Positions 25,085 through 36,285 of a stretch of 48,677 bases of DNA are shown one piece after another. The notes beneath the pieces were generated by a model. That model saw nothing but the letters and a program-made list of their open reading frames with translations. It did not search any database and was not told the origin of the DNA. A program made the position numbers and the translations under genes. How positions within the stretch are numbered: position 1 is the stretch's first letter; the number at the start of each line of letters is the position of its first letter. The stretch covers positions 1 to 48,677 of the forward strand of contig JNEM01006747.1 in the NCBI GenBank assembly GCA_000697335.1. The letters run 5' to 3'. The stretch comes from Conidiobolus incongruus B7586. Lineage: Eukaryota.

Positions 25085-25786
25085 TTAAGCTTGTTCCAAT
25101 TCGACCAAAACACCACCACAGTCCTTGGGATGGAGGAAGATGACGGGCTTGTTGTGAGCTCCAATCTTGGGCTTCTTATCCAAACTTCGAATATTATTCT
25201 TGGTTAATTCTTCAAGAGCTTTGTAAACATCATCCACCTAAATAATATTAATAATTGTTTGTACTAAGATGATTTTTATGAATTATTTTACCTCAATACA
25301 AATATGATGAATCCCTCCAGAAGTATTTTTAGTTAAAAAATTTTGAATAGGACTCTTTTCTCCCAAAGGGTGTAAAAGCTCAATTTTAGTATTACCCAAA
25401 TTAATAAAGACGGTATAGACACCATGTTCAGGTAATGGCTATTGTTCCATATTAGTTAAATATTGTTATTAAATTTAGAGTAACTTACTTGAGTTTCACT
25501 CACTTCGGCGCCTAATACAGATCTGTAAAATTCTGTGGCTTTTTCCAAATTGGGAACGGCGATGGCTACATGGTTTAACTTGCCTAGTTGGAATACCTTG
25601 TATTAAGGAATATAATAGATTAATTTAAATTTTGAATTCGTTAGATGGAACATAAGAGTGACTTACCTTTTGAGGAACATCGTTTGGTACTACAAATTGA
25701 CGTTTAGTAGACGTAGAGAACTGAGAGCTGAAGATGGGTCTCTTAAATAACTGAGATCTAACGACTGATCTTGATAAATAGTGCAT
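25085..25786 (-). CDS. MCEE: Mitochondrial methylmalonyl-CoA epimerase, 4 exons (not in ORF track)
   Basis: Spliced: 40-aa presequence exon; LGKLNHVAIAVPNLEKATEFYRSVLGA; PLPEHGVYTVFINLGNTKIELLHPLG; GGIHHICIE|VDD...KIGAHNKPVIFLHPKDCGGVLVELEQA*; all three introns are phase 0 GT-AG. Confidence 0.95.
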
Positions 25787-25921
25787 ATTTTTAATAAGTT
25801 TTAATATTGTTAATTTTCGAAACTTTAAGTGAAAGAAATGATGATCACGTTATTAATTGAATTTTGCAAGTCATGTGTTTCAAAGTGAATATTCGATTCT
25901 CATTTAGTAAAATTCAAAATA

Positions 25922-25930
25922 ATCCCATAA
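25922..25930 (+). promoter_or_regulatory. ATCCCATAA upstream element, unknown gene at 26011
   Basis: 89 bp upstream of ATG 26011. Confidence 0.55.
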
Positions 25931-26010
25931 AAATAAAAGAATTGATTGCAAAATATAAGCTTTATTAAGTGTATTACTATCAAAATGAACATATCAAAAA
26001 TAACATATTC

Positions 26011-26485
26011 ATGATTAAACTACCTTTAAAAAAGAACAAAAAACCCAGAGCTCAGAGAATTGAACGCATCGCTGAGGAAGAATTGAACAAGCAGTATCCC
26101 AAGCCCAAGCAGTTTACTATCAATTCCAACGGTTCACAGCCTATCACAATGACTACATATAGTTCGGTTGAGTATAAAAATATTAAAAAACCAGTTCAGG
26201 AGAAGGATATTTTGGATAAAATTGATGATAGAATTAAGGTATTAATAATTGTATCGTTTGATAAATTTTTTGATATTGATTTTTTTAGGTATTAGAAAAA
26301 GGTTCCAGATGGCTAATAGGACCTCAGGGTAGATATCTGCTGGGAGGCTTGATATTATTCGGATTAGGTTCCACTTACTATAGATCAACACAGTTATCCA
26401 AAGTAATCTTTATTTTTTATTATATTTAATGTTAGTTATTAATGATGTTGTTTAGAGAGAGAATGTATTTAATACTCAAAATTAA
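26011..26485 (+). CDS. Unknown small protein with a C-terminal TM helix, 3 exons; start codon uncertain
   Basis: Exon 1 ...DKIDDRIK| splices in frame to VLEKGSRWLIGPQGRYLLGGLILFGLGSTYYRSTQLSK|RENVFNTQN*; no family recognised. Confidence 0.55.
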
Positions 26486-26736
26486 TAATTAATAAAGACT
26501 AATAAATCGTATTTATTAACACTAAAAATATTACTGATTACTGCATTAATTTGTGATTATTTGTTTACAATTTAAATTGAAATTCTTCATAATAATAATT
26601 CACATGATTTGATATTTATTTAAACATATGACTGGCATTAAATTTCATTACTGTTTTAATCCTTAAAAATTTTAATTCCATATTTTTGGTTGAATTAATT
26701 ATCATTTAACTTTATAATAGTTACTAAAATAAAGGT

Positions 26737-27719
26737 ATGACTAACAATACATTTAAAGACGAACTTCTAGATCGTCAAAAACTGAGTAGGGAATTGAAAA
26801 GTCAGAGTTTGCCACAATTTGTTACACCTACGATACAGAGTAATAGTGAAATTAGTGAAGCCATTCCTATGATAAAAACGGCTGTGGAATTTTTGAAGGC
26901 GCCCCAGTTCAAGCATTTGACTAATAGAGAGAAGGAGCAATTCCTATTGGGTAGAGGTTTGAACTGGACACAGATCGAATTGGCTTATAAATTGTTAGGG
27001 AATAGTCAATTGACAGTAAGTAATTAGAAATTTTTATAAAATTGTTGGTAATAATATTATATAATTTTTCTAGGATAAAAAATTTCCTATTGACGAGTAA
27101 ATAACATTAAATATCAATTATAAGACTCATAGCTAATTCAATTTATAGTTTTTTAAAATCCGAATTAAACCAATTACCCAAATTACCACCCCGTATCGAA
27201 TATAACCCGAATCAACTAACAGTACAGCAACCTTCCAAAAAGTCCTTGTGGCAATCGATCATTCAAACTATCAAGTGGCTGAAACCCTTCGCTATCGGTA
27301 GTGTCGTTGTGTATTTGGTCGTGACTTATACGATTATTCCACTTTTGAAACAGTACTCCATACGTCTTAAAAGACTAACGGACAGGAAAGAGAATTATAG
27401 GAAATTGTACAATTTGTGTCAGAGTCAAGTGCACGGTTATCATCAATCTACGTCTGATCAACAACAATTGAAAGTTAATGATAATGCGAAACAGAAGGAA
27501 CGCGATTTACAAGATTTGATATTATTACGTGAGGAAGGTGTACCTAAATTAATGAGACAATTCAAAGACTACAAGAATTATTTAGAATTGGAAAAGGGCA
27601 AGTATAGTTCTGACTATTATTCTAAAGACTATTGGAGTTACTCCAAAGTACCAGGTGCGAATGTCAAGTCCGAACTCAGAAGTTTCAAAGGATTCGTATT
27701 AAACTCCAAAAATTTTTAA
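26737..27719 (+). CDS. Pex14-family peroxin (Pex14 or Pex14/17 = Pex33-like), 3 exons including a 23-nt microexon at 27074-27096
   Basis: Pex14_N motif IKTAVEFLKAPQ....KEQFLLGRGLNWTQIELA; PKLPPR; TM segment; C-terminal VKSELRSFKGFVLNSKNF. Confidence 0.75.
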
Positions 27720-27755
27720 TAAAGGATATTCATATATGTTATTTATTGAATATAC

Positions 27756-29174
27756 TTAGTAGACTTTGGTATTGGGAAGTTCTTCAGTTAATTTGGCTTT
27801 TAAATTGGTTGTGGATTCTTTACATCTGAGATATAAGACATCTAAGTGAATGAATTGTTTTGTCCCAATTTGATTGGCATCACAAGCGTGAATGTTTTCT
27901 AACAAAAGGGTCTTTAATCGGTTGGCACATTGCCACTGAGATTCGAAATGTTTTAAGTAGAAATCACATCTTAAATTGAGTTCCAAGTATTGGAGTTCTT
28001 TACCATATTGACGAATATATTCAATACCTATGTGACTGACATTCACCCATTCGAGTTTTAGAGTATTGAGATTGATGCAGTGTTTCATGAGACTTTCGAT
28101 GATCTGGTCATTGATTCCTTCTACCATGGATAATTCACAATGCTTTAATTGGTTGCAATTCTGAAATACTTTGGGTAAGTGCTCGGAGTCTATCTTGCAA
28201 TTAGTTAATTTCAACTGTTTGAGATGGGATAATTGTGCTAATTGTAATAAACTAATATGATCTAGGTGCAAGTCACTCAATTCTAAGTCACATAAATTCG
28301 GGTTACTTCGGAATAATTCTGAGAGGCTTGAACTCCAATCATTGATAAAATTGTAGCAATAAAAGTTAAATGAACTAAAATGAATGGGGTTAGGACAATT
28401 ACACCAATGACCAAATTCGTGAATGGTATCATCTGCTGAAGGAGTCAACAGTTGCGCGTTTTTAAATGGTAAAAACGTCAATTTCCGCAAATTAGTCATA
28501 TTGTGGCATATTTGGGCCATGGTCTCAATTTCCAAACGATGTAACTTAATATTCAATTCTTCCAACTGAGGGTTATTCAAAATGAGACTAATGAATTGAT
28601 CATGCATGCCAGATGGAATTCGGGTCAATGTTATCTTATTCAAATTCTTAACCTTAAATAAATGGGTTGAATACAATGGCATTGGCATGGAGAAATGATA
28701 CTGGCAATACTCAATATCTAAACATTTCAAATTAAAAAAATCATTGAGATCGATACTCTCAAAGTTCATCTCTTCCATATTGGAACACCGACAAATTGTC
28801 AACCTATTGCAATACTTAAACTGTTTTAGCATATTCCATCTCTCCTCAGTAATTGGTCCCTCAATTGTAATATCTCTAACACTCTCTTTATGATTTAAAT
28901 AACATTTCAATTTGGAATCGCCCACTTTTAAAATCTTGTCATTGCATTTGACATTTTGGTAACATATAAACCGACTGTTTAGACTGAGCTCTCTGAATAT
29001 GAGCTCACTGCTGATACGGTTCCAAAGAGTATTAACCAACCTAAAGCGAAAGAGATCTTTGTAATGGCAACGTTCGAGAATATACCGAATAATATCGGGC
29101 TCTTGAAATATAGAATACTGAAAGTGTTGCGCTGAATTAGATCGAATAGGTGTAATAGCTGTGGTAGTTATCAT
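27756..29174 (-). CDS. F-box/leucine-rich-repeat (RNI-like) protein, intronless
   Basis: F-box-like PDIIRYILERCHYKDLFRFRLVNTLWN followed by LxxLxL repeats (NLKCLDI, QLEELNI, NLRKLTF, HLKQLKL, NLNTLKL). Confidence 0.82.
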   Translation of the reverse strand: MITTTAITPIRSNSAQHFQYSIFQEPDIIRYILERCHYKDLFRFRLVNTLWNRISSELIFRELSLNSRFICYQNVKCNDKILKVGDSKLKCYLNHKESVRDITIEGPITEERWNMLKQFKYCNRLTICRCSNMEEMNFESIDLNDFFNLKCLDIEYCQYHFSMPMPLYSTHLFKVKNLNKITLTRIPSGMHDQFISLILNNPQLEELNIKLHRLEIETMAQICHNMTNLRKLTFLPFKNAQLLTPSADDTIHEFGHWCNCPNPIHFSSFNFYCYNFINDWSSSLSELFRSNPNLCDLELSDLHLDHISLLQLAQLSHLKQLKLTNCKIDSEHLPKVFQNCNQLKHCELSMVEGINDQIIESLMKHCINLNTLKLEWVNVSHIGIEYIRQYGKELQYLELNLRCDFYLKHFESQWQCANRLKTLLLENIHACDANQIGTKQFIHLDVLYLRCKESTTNLKAKLTEELPNTKVY

Positions 29175-29961
29175 GCTTATAGATCACTAAAATAAATGCT
29201 CTCTAAGTTGAAAAGATAAAGAGTGACTTTTATAAATTTTCATATGTAAAAATTTAAGTTCAATTTAAGACCCTTTTCATCATCATAATATTAGTTGATA
29301 AAAAATGACTCTCACACAATCAACTCTTATCTTCAACCAATCACAACTTTAGAATTCTGATTAAACTTATTCAAATGAATAAAAATAGGACAATTTCAAA
29401 CTTGGACCTTATATTTAAGTCACTCTAACCTAAATTTTTGGTAATCGAAAAATTACCTGAAATTTGATAACTTGATGTGTTTATGGTAATTGGTTGATTT
29501 TAAAGTGACTTCAATTTCAGTTACTAACGAAGTGTAAATTAATTTTTGTGTTAGAATTATGATCTTTGGATTTGAAAAATTTGATATGAAATCATTGGCG
29601 TGTTAGAATGTAATCAGAGATTGGATGAATATTAAAATCTAAAACTTGCTATCGTCTTTGGAATTATTGAATTTCAGATGGTTTTCATAATTGATAACGA
29701 TATAAATGTGTTGAAAAAACAAATAGGTAAGATGCTATTATTATTTCCTGTGGATGATATTATCAGTGATTAAAAGATTTACTAGATTCAAATTAAACTT
29801 GTTACTAAAGTACTTTTTTGATAATTGACTAATGAATACAATATCGTTAAAAATGATATCACGATTATAAAGGCTTGAATAAAAATGAAATAAATACAAA
29901 TAAACTGTGATAATTATCAGACATCAAAAATAAATAAATCCTTTTAATAATTATTTAATAA

Positions 29962-30645
29962 TTATTGATCTAATTTGCTCTCCAACTTCTTTACCAAATC
30001 CTCAAATAAACTCTCACTCAACAAAAATAAGCCGTTGGAACTGACAATTCTATGCGACGGCATCCTCTGATAACTTTTGGGATCAATTTTGCCATTCTGG
30101 ACTAATAAACTGCCAAAAATATCTTCGGGTAGAGGGATTCTACCCCAAGGAGCGGGATTGCGATTATCTATAATGGATCAATAATAAGTTAACTGTATAT
30201 TATAATATATAGTTCATTTTTAATTACCAGGTACATGTAACCACCCCTCCTTCTGGTATTCCGCGAGAGCTTTCAACTGTGCATCCACATCCACAGCGGA
30301 TACGGCTAATGAAGAATGTAAAAATTTTGTGAATTTATCATTTTCGACGAATTGTCGTGGATCAATGGTTGTAGCTCTTAATCCTTGCAACTGCTGGGTA
30401 GTGGTTCCAATGTAGAAAATATCCATAAGTTTGGTTTTGGTTTGAATTTTCTGAGGATTTAGGAAACTAAGATAGATTTTGCTTGAATCGGTGGTCGGGT
30501 AGTAGTAGAGACCTTGGTATTCAGGATCTTTTTTGACTTGCTCCAATTGTAGAGTACTGACGGCAACTGAATACCATCTCTTCTGAAGGGTTTTTAATAC
30601 CGTGTTAATTTTAATTGTTTGATTGATGGTTGATACTCTGAACAT
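29962..30645 (-). CDS. Conserved uncharacterised fungal protein, probably mitochondrial, 2 exons (intron 30168-30227)
   Basis: Presequence-like N-terminus; spliced GWLHVPDNRNPAPWGRIPLPEDIFGSLLVQNGKIDPKSYQRMPSHRIVSSNGLFLLS resembles, from memory, a conserved fungal family of unknown function. Confidence 0.75.
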
Positions 30646-30735
30646 TTTTAGATTATTGATTATTATTCATTGATGATTCATTCAAAGAAATCAATAGCCC
30701 AAGTCACCATATAGTATTAAGTTAATTGAAAAAAC

Positions 30736-30744
30736 TTATGGGAT
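30736..30744 (-). promoter_or_regulatory. ATCCCATAA upstream element, minus-strand gene starting at 30645
   Basis: TTATGGGAT on the + strand; 99 bp upstream of ATG 30645. Confidence 0.6.
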
Positions 30745-30936
30745 AAATTTAGCAATCGGTTATTGAACAGAAATAATATTGTAATATATTGATTATATAA
30801 CCTTAATCAATAATTTTTTTAGAAATATCAATTATTTTGAATTTAAAGCCAATGAAATATATAATGATCAATATATCAAACGATAAATGTTCAAAGATGC
30901 TCAATATCAATACTTGAAATTCTCAGATCTCCACCA

Positions 30937-30945
30937 ATCCCACAA
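30937..30945 (+). promoter_or_regulatory. ATCCCACAA upstream element, MAP1
   Basis: 134 bp upstream of ATG 31071. Confidence 0.55.
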
Positions 30946-31070
30946 TCATTCCAACTATTTTTCTAATATAAACCAACAACCTTCGAAATATATAAAAAAA
31001 TTCAACTCTAATTTTGTTTAAAATTAAAATTTTATAATATTTTAATAAAAAGTAAAAAAATTAAAATATA

Positions 31071-32684
31071 ATGGAAGGAACTAAATGTATAGGTCACGAA
31101 TGTGGGAAGCCCGCTAAATTACAATGTCCCCAATGTTTAAAATTGAAGATTAAGGGTTCCTTCTTCTGTAGTCAAGATTGTTTTAAAAAGAATTGGACTG
31201 AGCATAAAATGTTGCACTTGAATCATCCTGGTATTATATTTAAATTCATGAGTATATATAACTGATTTTAATAGTCTTTTAGATCACACTTTTGACCCTT
31301 TTCACAAATCTAAATATACTGGGGAGTTGAGAGCTTGTTATCCTCTAAGTCCCAAGAGAGATGTTCCAGATCATATTCCAAAGCCTGATTACGCTAAAGA
31401 TGGTAAATTATTCATTAAAAGTTGATATTTCCAAAAAAAAAATATTTATCAATTACCTAGGCATTCCTCGTTCCGAATTAGCTTTAAGAAATAGCAATAA
31501 AATTGATGTTTTAGAACCCAGTGAAATTGAAATTATGAGAGAAGTTTGTAGAGTAAGTTAAAAATATAAATGAGTACATTTCAATTATTTATAAATTTTG
31601 TTTAGTTAGCTAGAGAAGTTTTAGATATTGGTGCTAGTGCCATTAAAGTTGGTATTACAACTGACGAAATTGGTAAATTGAATATTTTCAATATATTCAA
31701 AATTTGAATTAATGGTATGATTTAATAGATAGAATTATTCACGAAGCTATCATTGAAAGAAATGCCTATCCTTCCCCTTTGAATTATAATGGTTTCCCTA
31801 AATCTTGTTGCACGTAATTTATTCCTATATTTCATAGTATTTCAAGTAAGTTAAATATATTATACAGATCAGTTAATGAAGTTATCTGCCACGGTATTCC
31901 CGACAAGAGGCCTTTGAAAGATGGTGACATTATCAACATCGACGTCACTTTATACTACAAGGGATTCCATGGTGATTTGAACGAAACTTATACCGTTGGC
32001 AATGTTGACCAAAAGTCTAAGGATTTGATCGATTGCAGTTACCAATCCCTCATAAGAGCTATCTCTATGGGTAATTATTCATTCAATTCCATATTATTAT
32101 TATTATTATTATTATTAAACTAATTCGCAATGTTAGTGAGACCCGGTGCCGCTTACAGAGATATTGGTGCAGTCATTGAAGAGTACACTCACTCTAAAGG
32201 CTTTTCAGTTGTTAAGACTTATTGTGGTCATGGTATCAACTCGTAATTTTATACCAAGATTATTTTATTACGGTTTCTCACCTGATTTTTATAGTTTATT
32301 CCACTGCGCTCCTAATGTTCCTCATTACACTAGTAATTATCGATAATAATATCAAATTGATTTTATATAGCTAATATATTACTTTAGGAAACAAGGCTGT
32401 CGGTGTGATGAAAGCTGGTCACACTTTCACTATTGAACCCATGATCAACGAAGGTACTTGGAGAGATGAACACTGGCCCGACGACTGGACTGCTGTCACC
32501 GCTGACGGTAAGAGATCGGCCCAATTCGAGCACACCTTATTGGTCACGGAAACTGGTTGTGAAGTATTGTAAGTGAATAATCATATTCTTTATTAATAAT
32601 GGTATATTAATGAATATATTTAGAACTGCTAGAAAAGATGAAAAGCGTTTCTATAATTACGAAACTGATTGTCTAGTTAAATAA
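31071..32684 (+). CDS. MAP1: Methionine aminopeptidase 1, 10 exons
   Basis: N-terminal zinc finger C...C...LQCPQC...[92 protein letters not shown]. Confidence 0.96.
32092..32117. repeat. (TAT)n microsatellite within a MAP1 intron
   Basis: Direct reading; explains the spurious poly-Leu tail in the ORF-track entry 31914-32123. Confidence 0.85.
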
Positions 32685-34063
32685 TTTTTCATTTAAAATC
32701 ATTATATAATTAGATTTGATCTCAAATAAAAATTTTAATTCAATATTTCAGTTCTTCATAATTGAGAATTTTTGCTTTTTAAGAGGAATTTTAAAAATTA
32801 TTACCAATTCAGATTGGCATTGAGGTGCTAATAAAAAAATTATATTAAAATAGAATAATTTTGAAAACATCTACCATATTACGATCAATTTTACTCAATC
32901 AACTTAACTACAATTACTCTATAATAATTATACATCCAAATACTTCAAATTTGAATTAATCTTATGAATTATATTTCAAAAATTTCGAATATATATATAT
33001 ATATATTATCAAAATTTAAAAACTTGAGAAATATTCCTAATATATTTAAATATTATTTTTTAATAGTTTTATGCTATCATAAAATCTTTAAATAGTTAAA
33101 TTTGATATAAAATATTTTAATTCATTTATAATTCAATTATCATTATATTTTGGAAAACCATTAACAACTATCTATTCAAAATTGTAACAATATTATATTA
33201 CCGATTATTCATATTGAATATAAAGATAAGACAGAGCTTGGAAACTTGAATTCATATGTACCAATATGGTGGTTTGATTCTCATATTATCCTTACTTTGC
33301 TAAAGGTATAGTAAATGTATTTTATAAAATTTATGATCAATAATAACGTCTTCATAACTCATATCTTCTAATATTATTAGCAAATTTTCTCATTGACTAT
33401 TAAAGATATAAAAGCTCTAAAAATCATTATTCTGCACGTATTCTTTGAATTTATTCTGAATTTAATATTATATGTTGATTAGTAATATTATACAATTTTT
33501 TAATAATATTATTTTGATTTTTAAAACGATAATATATATAAAGCATTATTTCAAAATATATAATTATGATTTAATATATTAGATATTCAATGAGAAATTC
33601 ACTCAAGAAATTTTCAGGTGATCCAATAAGATTGAAGCAATATACGGTTAATTACTTTATATAAAAGTTAACTAATTCTTATTTAAGCCAATAAAGAATA
33701 CAGATATTATTATAATATTACAAAATTTTCAACATAGAAAATATCAATTATTAAATCCCATTATTGAGTGCCAATAAAATGCATATTCCCATCATTTCAA
33801 AAAAATTTTTTTCTTAATTGATTCCGAGATCCAAGAGAGAAAATGATGATGGATTCAAGGAATGTAAATTTAGAATCCAATTTTGAATATGCCTTGATTT
33901 CGAACCAAGTCACCTAGAGCTCCATTGAGTTATCTTTGAACTTAGACTGTTTTAAGTTTCAATCTTACAACATGAAAATTATGTCAAAGAGAAATAAATG
34001 GATATTTTATTATACTATGAGGTGGACAAGCATAATTGGAAAATGATCATTCTAATTCATTTG

Positions 34064-34072
34064 ATCCCATAC
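34064..34072 (+). promoter_or_regulatory. ATCCCAYAA-type element (variant ATCCCATAC), SPE3
   Basis: 105 bp upstream of ATG 34169. Confidence 0.45.
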
Positions 34073-34168
34073 TCATTTAGATTAGAATTTCTGTTTTATA
34101 AATAATAGTGGTATTTAAAAAATTGGATCATCATCATTGATATTAATCTATTTCAACAAACTTTCAAT

Positions 34169-35111
34169 ATGAGTCAATTATCTCACCCCAATATTAAAGA
34201 CGGATGGTTCAAGGAAACTTCTACTCTTTGGCCCGGTCAAGGTATTACACTATTATTAACTATAACTATTTCACATCTTTAATATTTTTATTTTAGCTAT
34301 GACTTTGGAAGTTAAAGAAATTCTTCACGTTGAAAAGTCTCAATATCAAGATGTTTTAATTTTCGAATCTGCTACTTACGGTAATGTTTTAGTTTTGGAC
34401 GGTGTCATTCAAGCTACCGAAAGAGATGAATTCTCTTACCAAGAAATGATCGCTCACATTCCTTTGATGTGTCATCCTAATCCCGAAAGAGTCTTGGTTA
34501 TTGGAGGTGGTGACGGTGGTGTTTTAAGAGAAATCGTCAAGCATGAATCCGTTAAAGAAGTCGTCTTGTGTGAAATTGACGAAGCTGTTCCCAGATTATC
34601 TAAGCAATACTTGCCCTCTATGGCTGTTGGCTTCCAACACCCCAAAGTCAAAGTCCACATTGGTGATGGTTTCCCCTACCTCAAAGCTAACACTGCCACC
34701 TACGACGTCATTATCACTGATTCTTCTGATCCCGTCGGACCTGCTGCCTCTCTCTACCAAGCCGAATTCTATCAACTCATGAAGAATGCCCTTCGTCCTG
34801 GAGGTATTATAAGCACTCAAGGTGAATGCCAATGGCTCCATCTCAACATCATCAAGGAAGTTTTGGACTTCTCCAAGGAATTATTCCCCTCTGTCTCCTA
34901 TGCCTATACCACCATTCCCACTTATCCATCCGGCCAAATCGGTTTCATTTTATGCTCTAACGATGAAAACCAAAAGTTTCACACACCCACCCGCACCTGG
35001 TCCCCCGAAACTGAAGCCAAATTGTGCAGATACTATAACTCCAAGATTCACTCCGCTGCCTTCGTTTTGCCCCAATTTGCCAAGTCTGTCCTCTTTCCCG
35101 ACCAGCAATAG
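34169..35111 (+). CDS. SPE3: Spermidine synthase, 2 exons (intron 34242-34296)
   Basis: [74 protein letters not shown]. Confidence 0.97.
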
Positions 35112-35551
35112 ATTGATTGATTTCAGTCATTTTCCAACCTCATATGGTTATTGATCCCTCATAATTCAATAGTTAAAATATATAAATAAATAAATAAAAT
35201 TATAAGAATATTAACTTCGATCCATAACAATTTTCCAAGAAATATTCAAACTTAGTAATATTTTAATATTATTTAAAATTATCAATATTTGCCAAGTCGA
35301 CTCCAATTTCAAAAATTTTATCTTTTCATTAAAAAATTTTTGTTTTCATATCAATTTTATTCAAAACAAGTTTTTTCTAAATATAATACATTATCATATT
35401 CTGATTATTGTATTTGGTTCAGTTTTTAACGTTAATTTTTTAAGGTTTTTAACGTATTTTTTTTTAAATTTATTATTATTATTATTATTTTCTTTTTACA
35501 TTTATTAAATACTAAATTTGAAAATTTTCTTTTAAAACATAAATTAATTAA

Positions 35552-35578
35552 ATATATATATATATATATATATATATA
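35552..35578. repeat. (AT)13 microsatellite
   Basis: Direct reading. Confidence 0.9.
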
Positions 35579-36285
35579 ATCACCAACTTTATTTTATTGC
35601 AATTTTTTAAATAATTTATTATAATAATTTATCAAATATTAAAGTTTATAATATTATTTTTAATAAAATTTAATTAATTTTGAATTAATTTAATCTTCAA
35701 ATATATTAATAAAATAAATTGAAAAAAAAATGTTAAAGTTCCAAATAATAACAAATAATATTTAACAAATATATGTGGGGGTGGGTTATATTAATATTTT
35801 TTTTTATTAAAATTTAAATTGTAATTCAGTTGGGTGTGATTGCGAATAGCTGAAATGTTAAAAATATAAACAATAAAAAGAATTGAGGAAACAGATGCTA
35901 AAGGTTTTTGTTTAAGGTATAGAGGATCAAGTCAGGTGGGAAAATTATATTGATGAAATTGACCTAGATCCAGTCTAGAAGTAGGACAATTAGTTTTAAA
36001 AAATGGTAACCGCCATATGATAACAGTAAGTTGTCGGCTGGTATGTTTTGTATGTAAGGATATAAGATTTAACATGGTTTGCAATGTGAATTCACAGTAT
36101 CATTCAATCCACACCACCGTTCGATTGGTTCATATGCCAGAACTTATGATAATCAATGGAAATATACACATTTCAAATGTTAAAACACAATTAACCCAAC
36201 TGAGACATGAAAAATACTCAAGTGTTAAATAAAAATAGTGTCGAAATTATTGCATCTAGTCCGAGTCGCCACGATAATATTCTAT

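Noticed and set aside
35860..36232. 71-aa + strand ORF or possible decayed small gene downstream of arrestin
   Set aside because: No recognisable family, and the alternative frame has about 8 stops in ~95 codons; probably arrestin 3' UTR or spacer.
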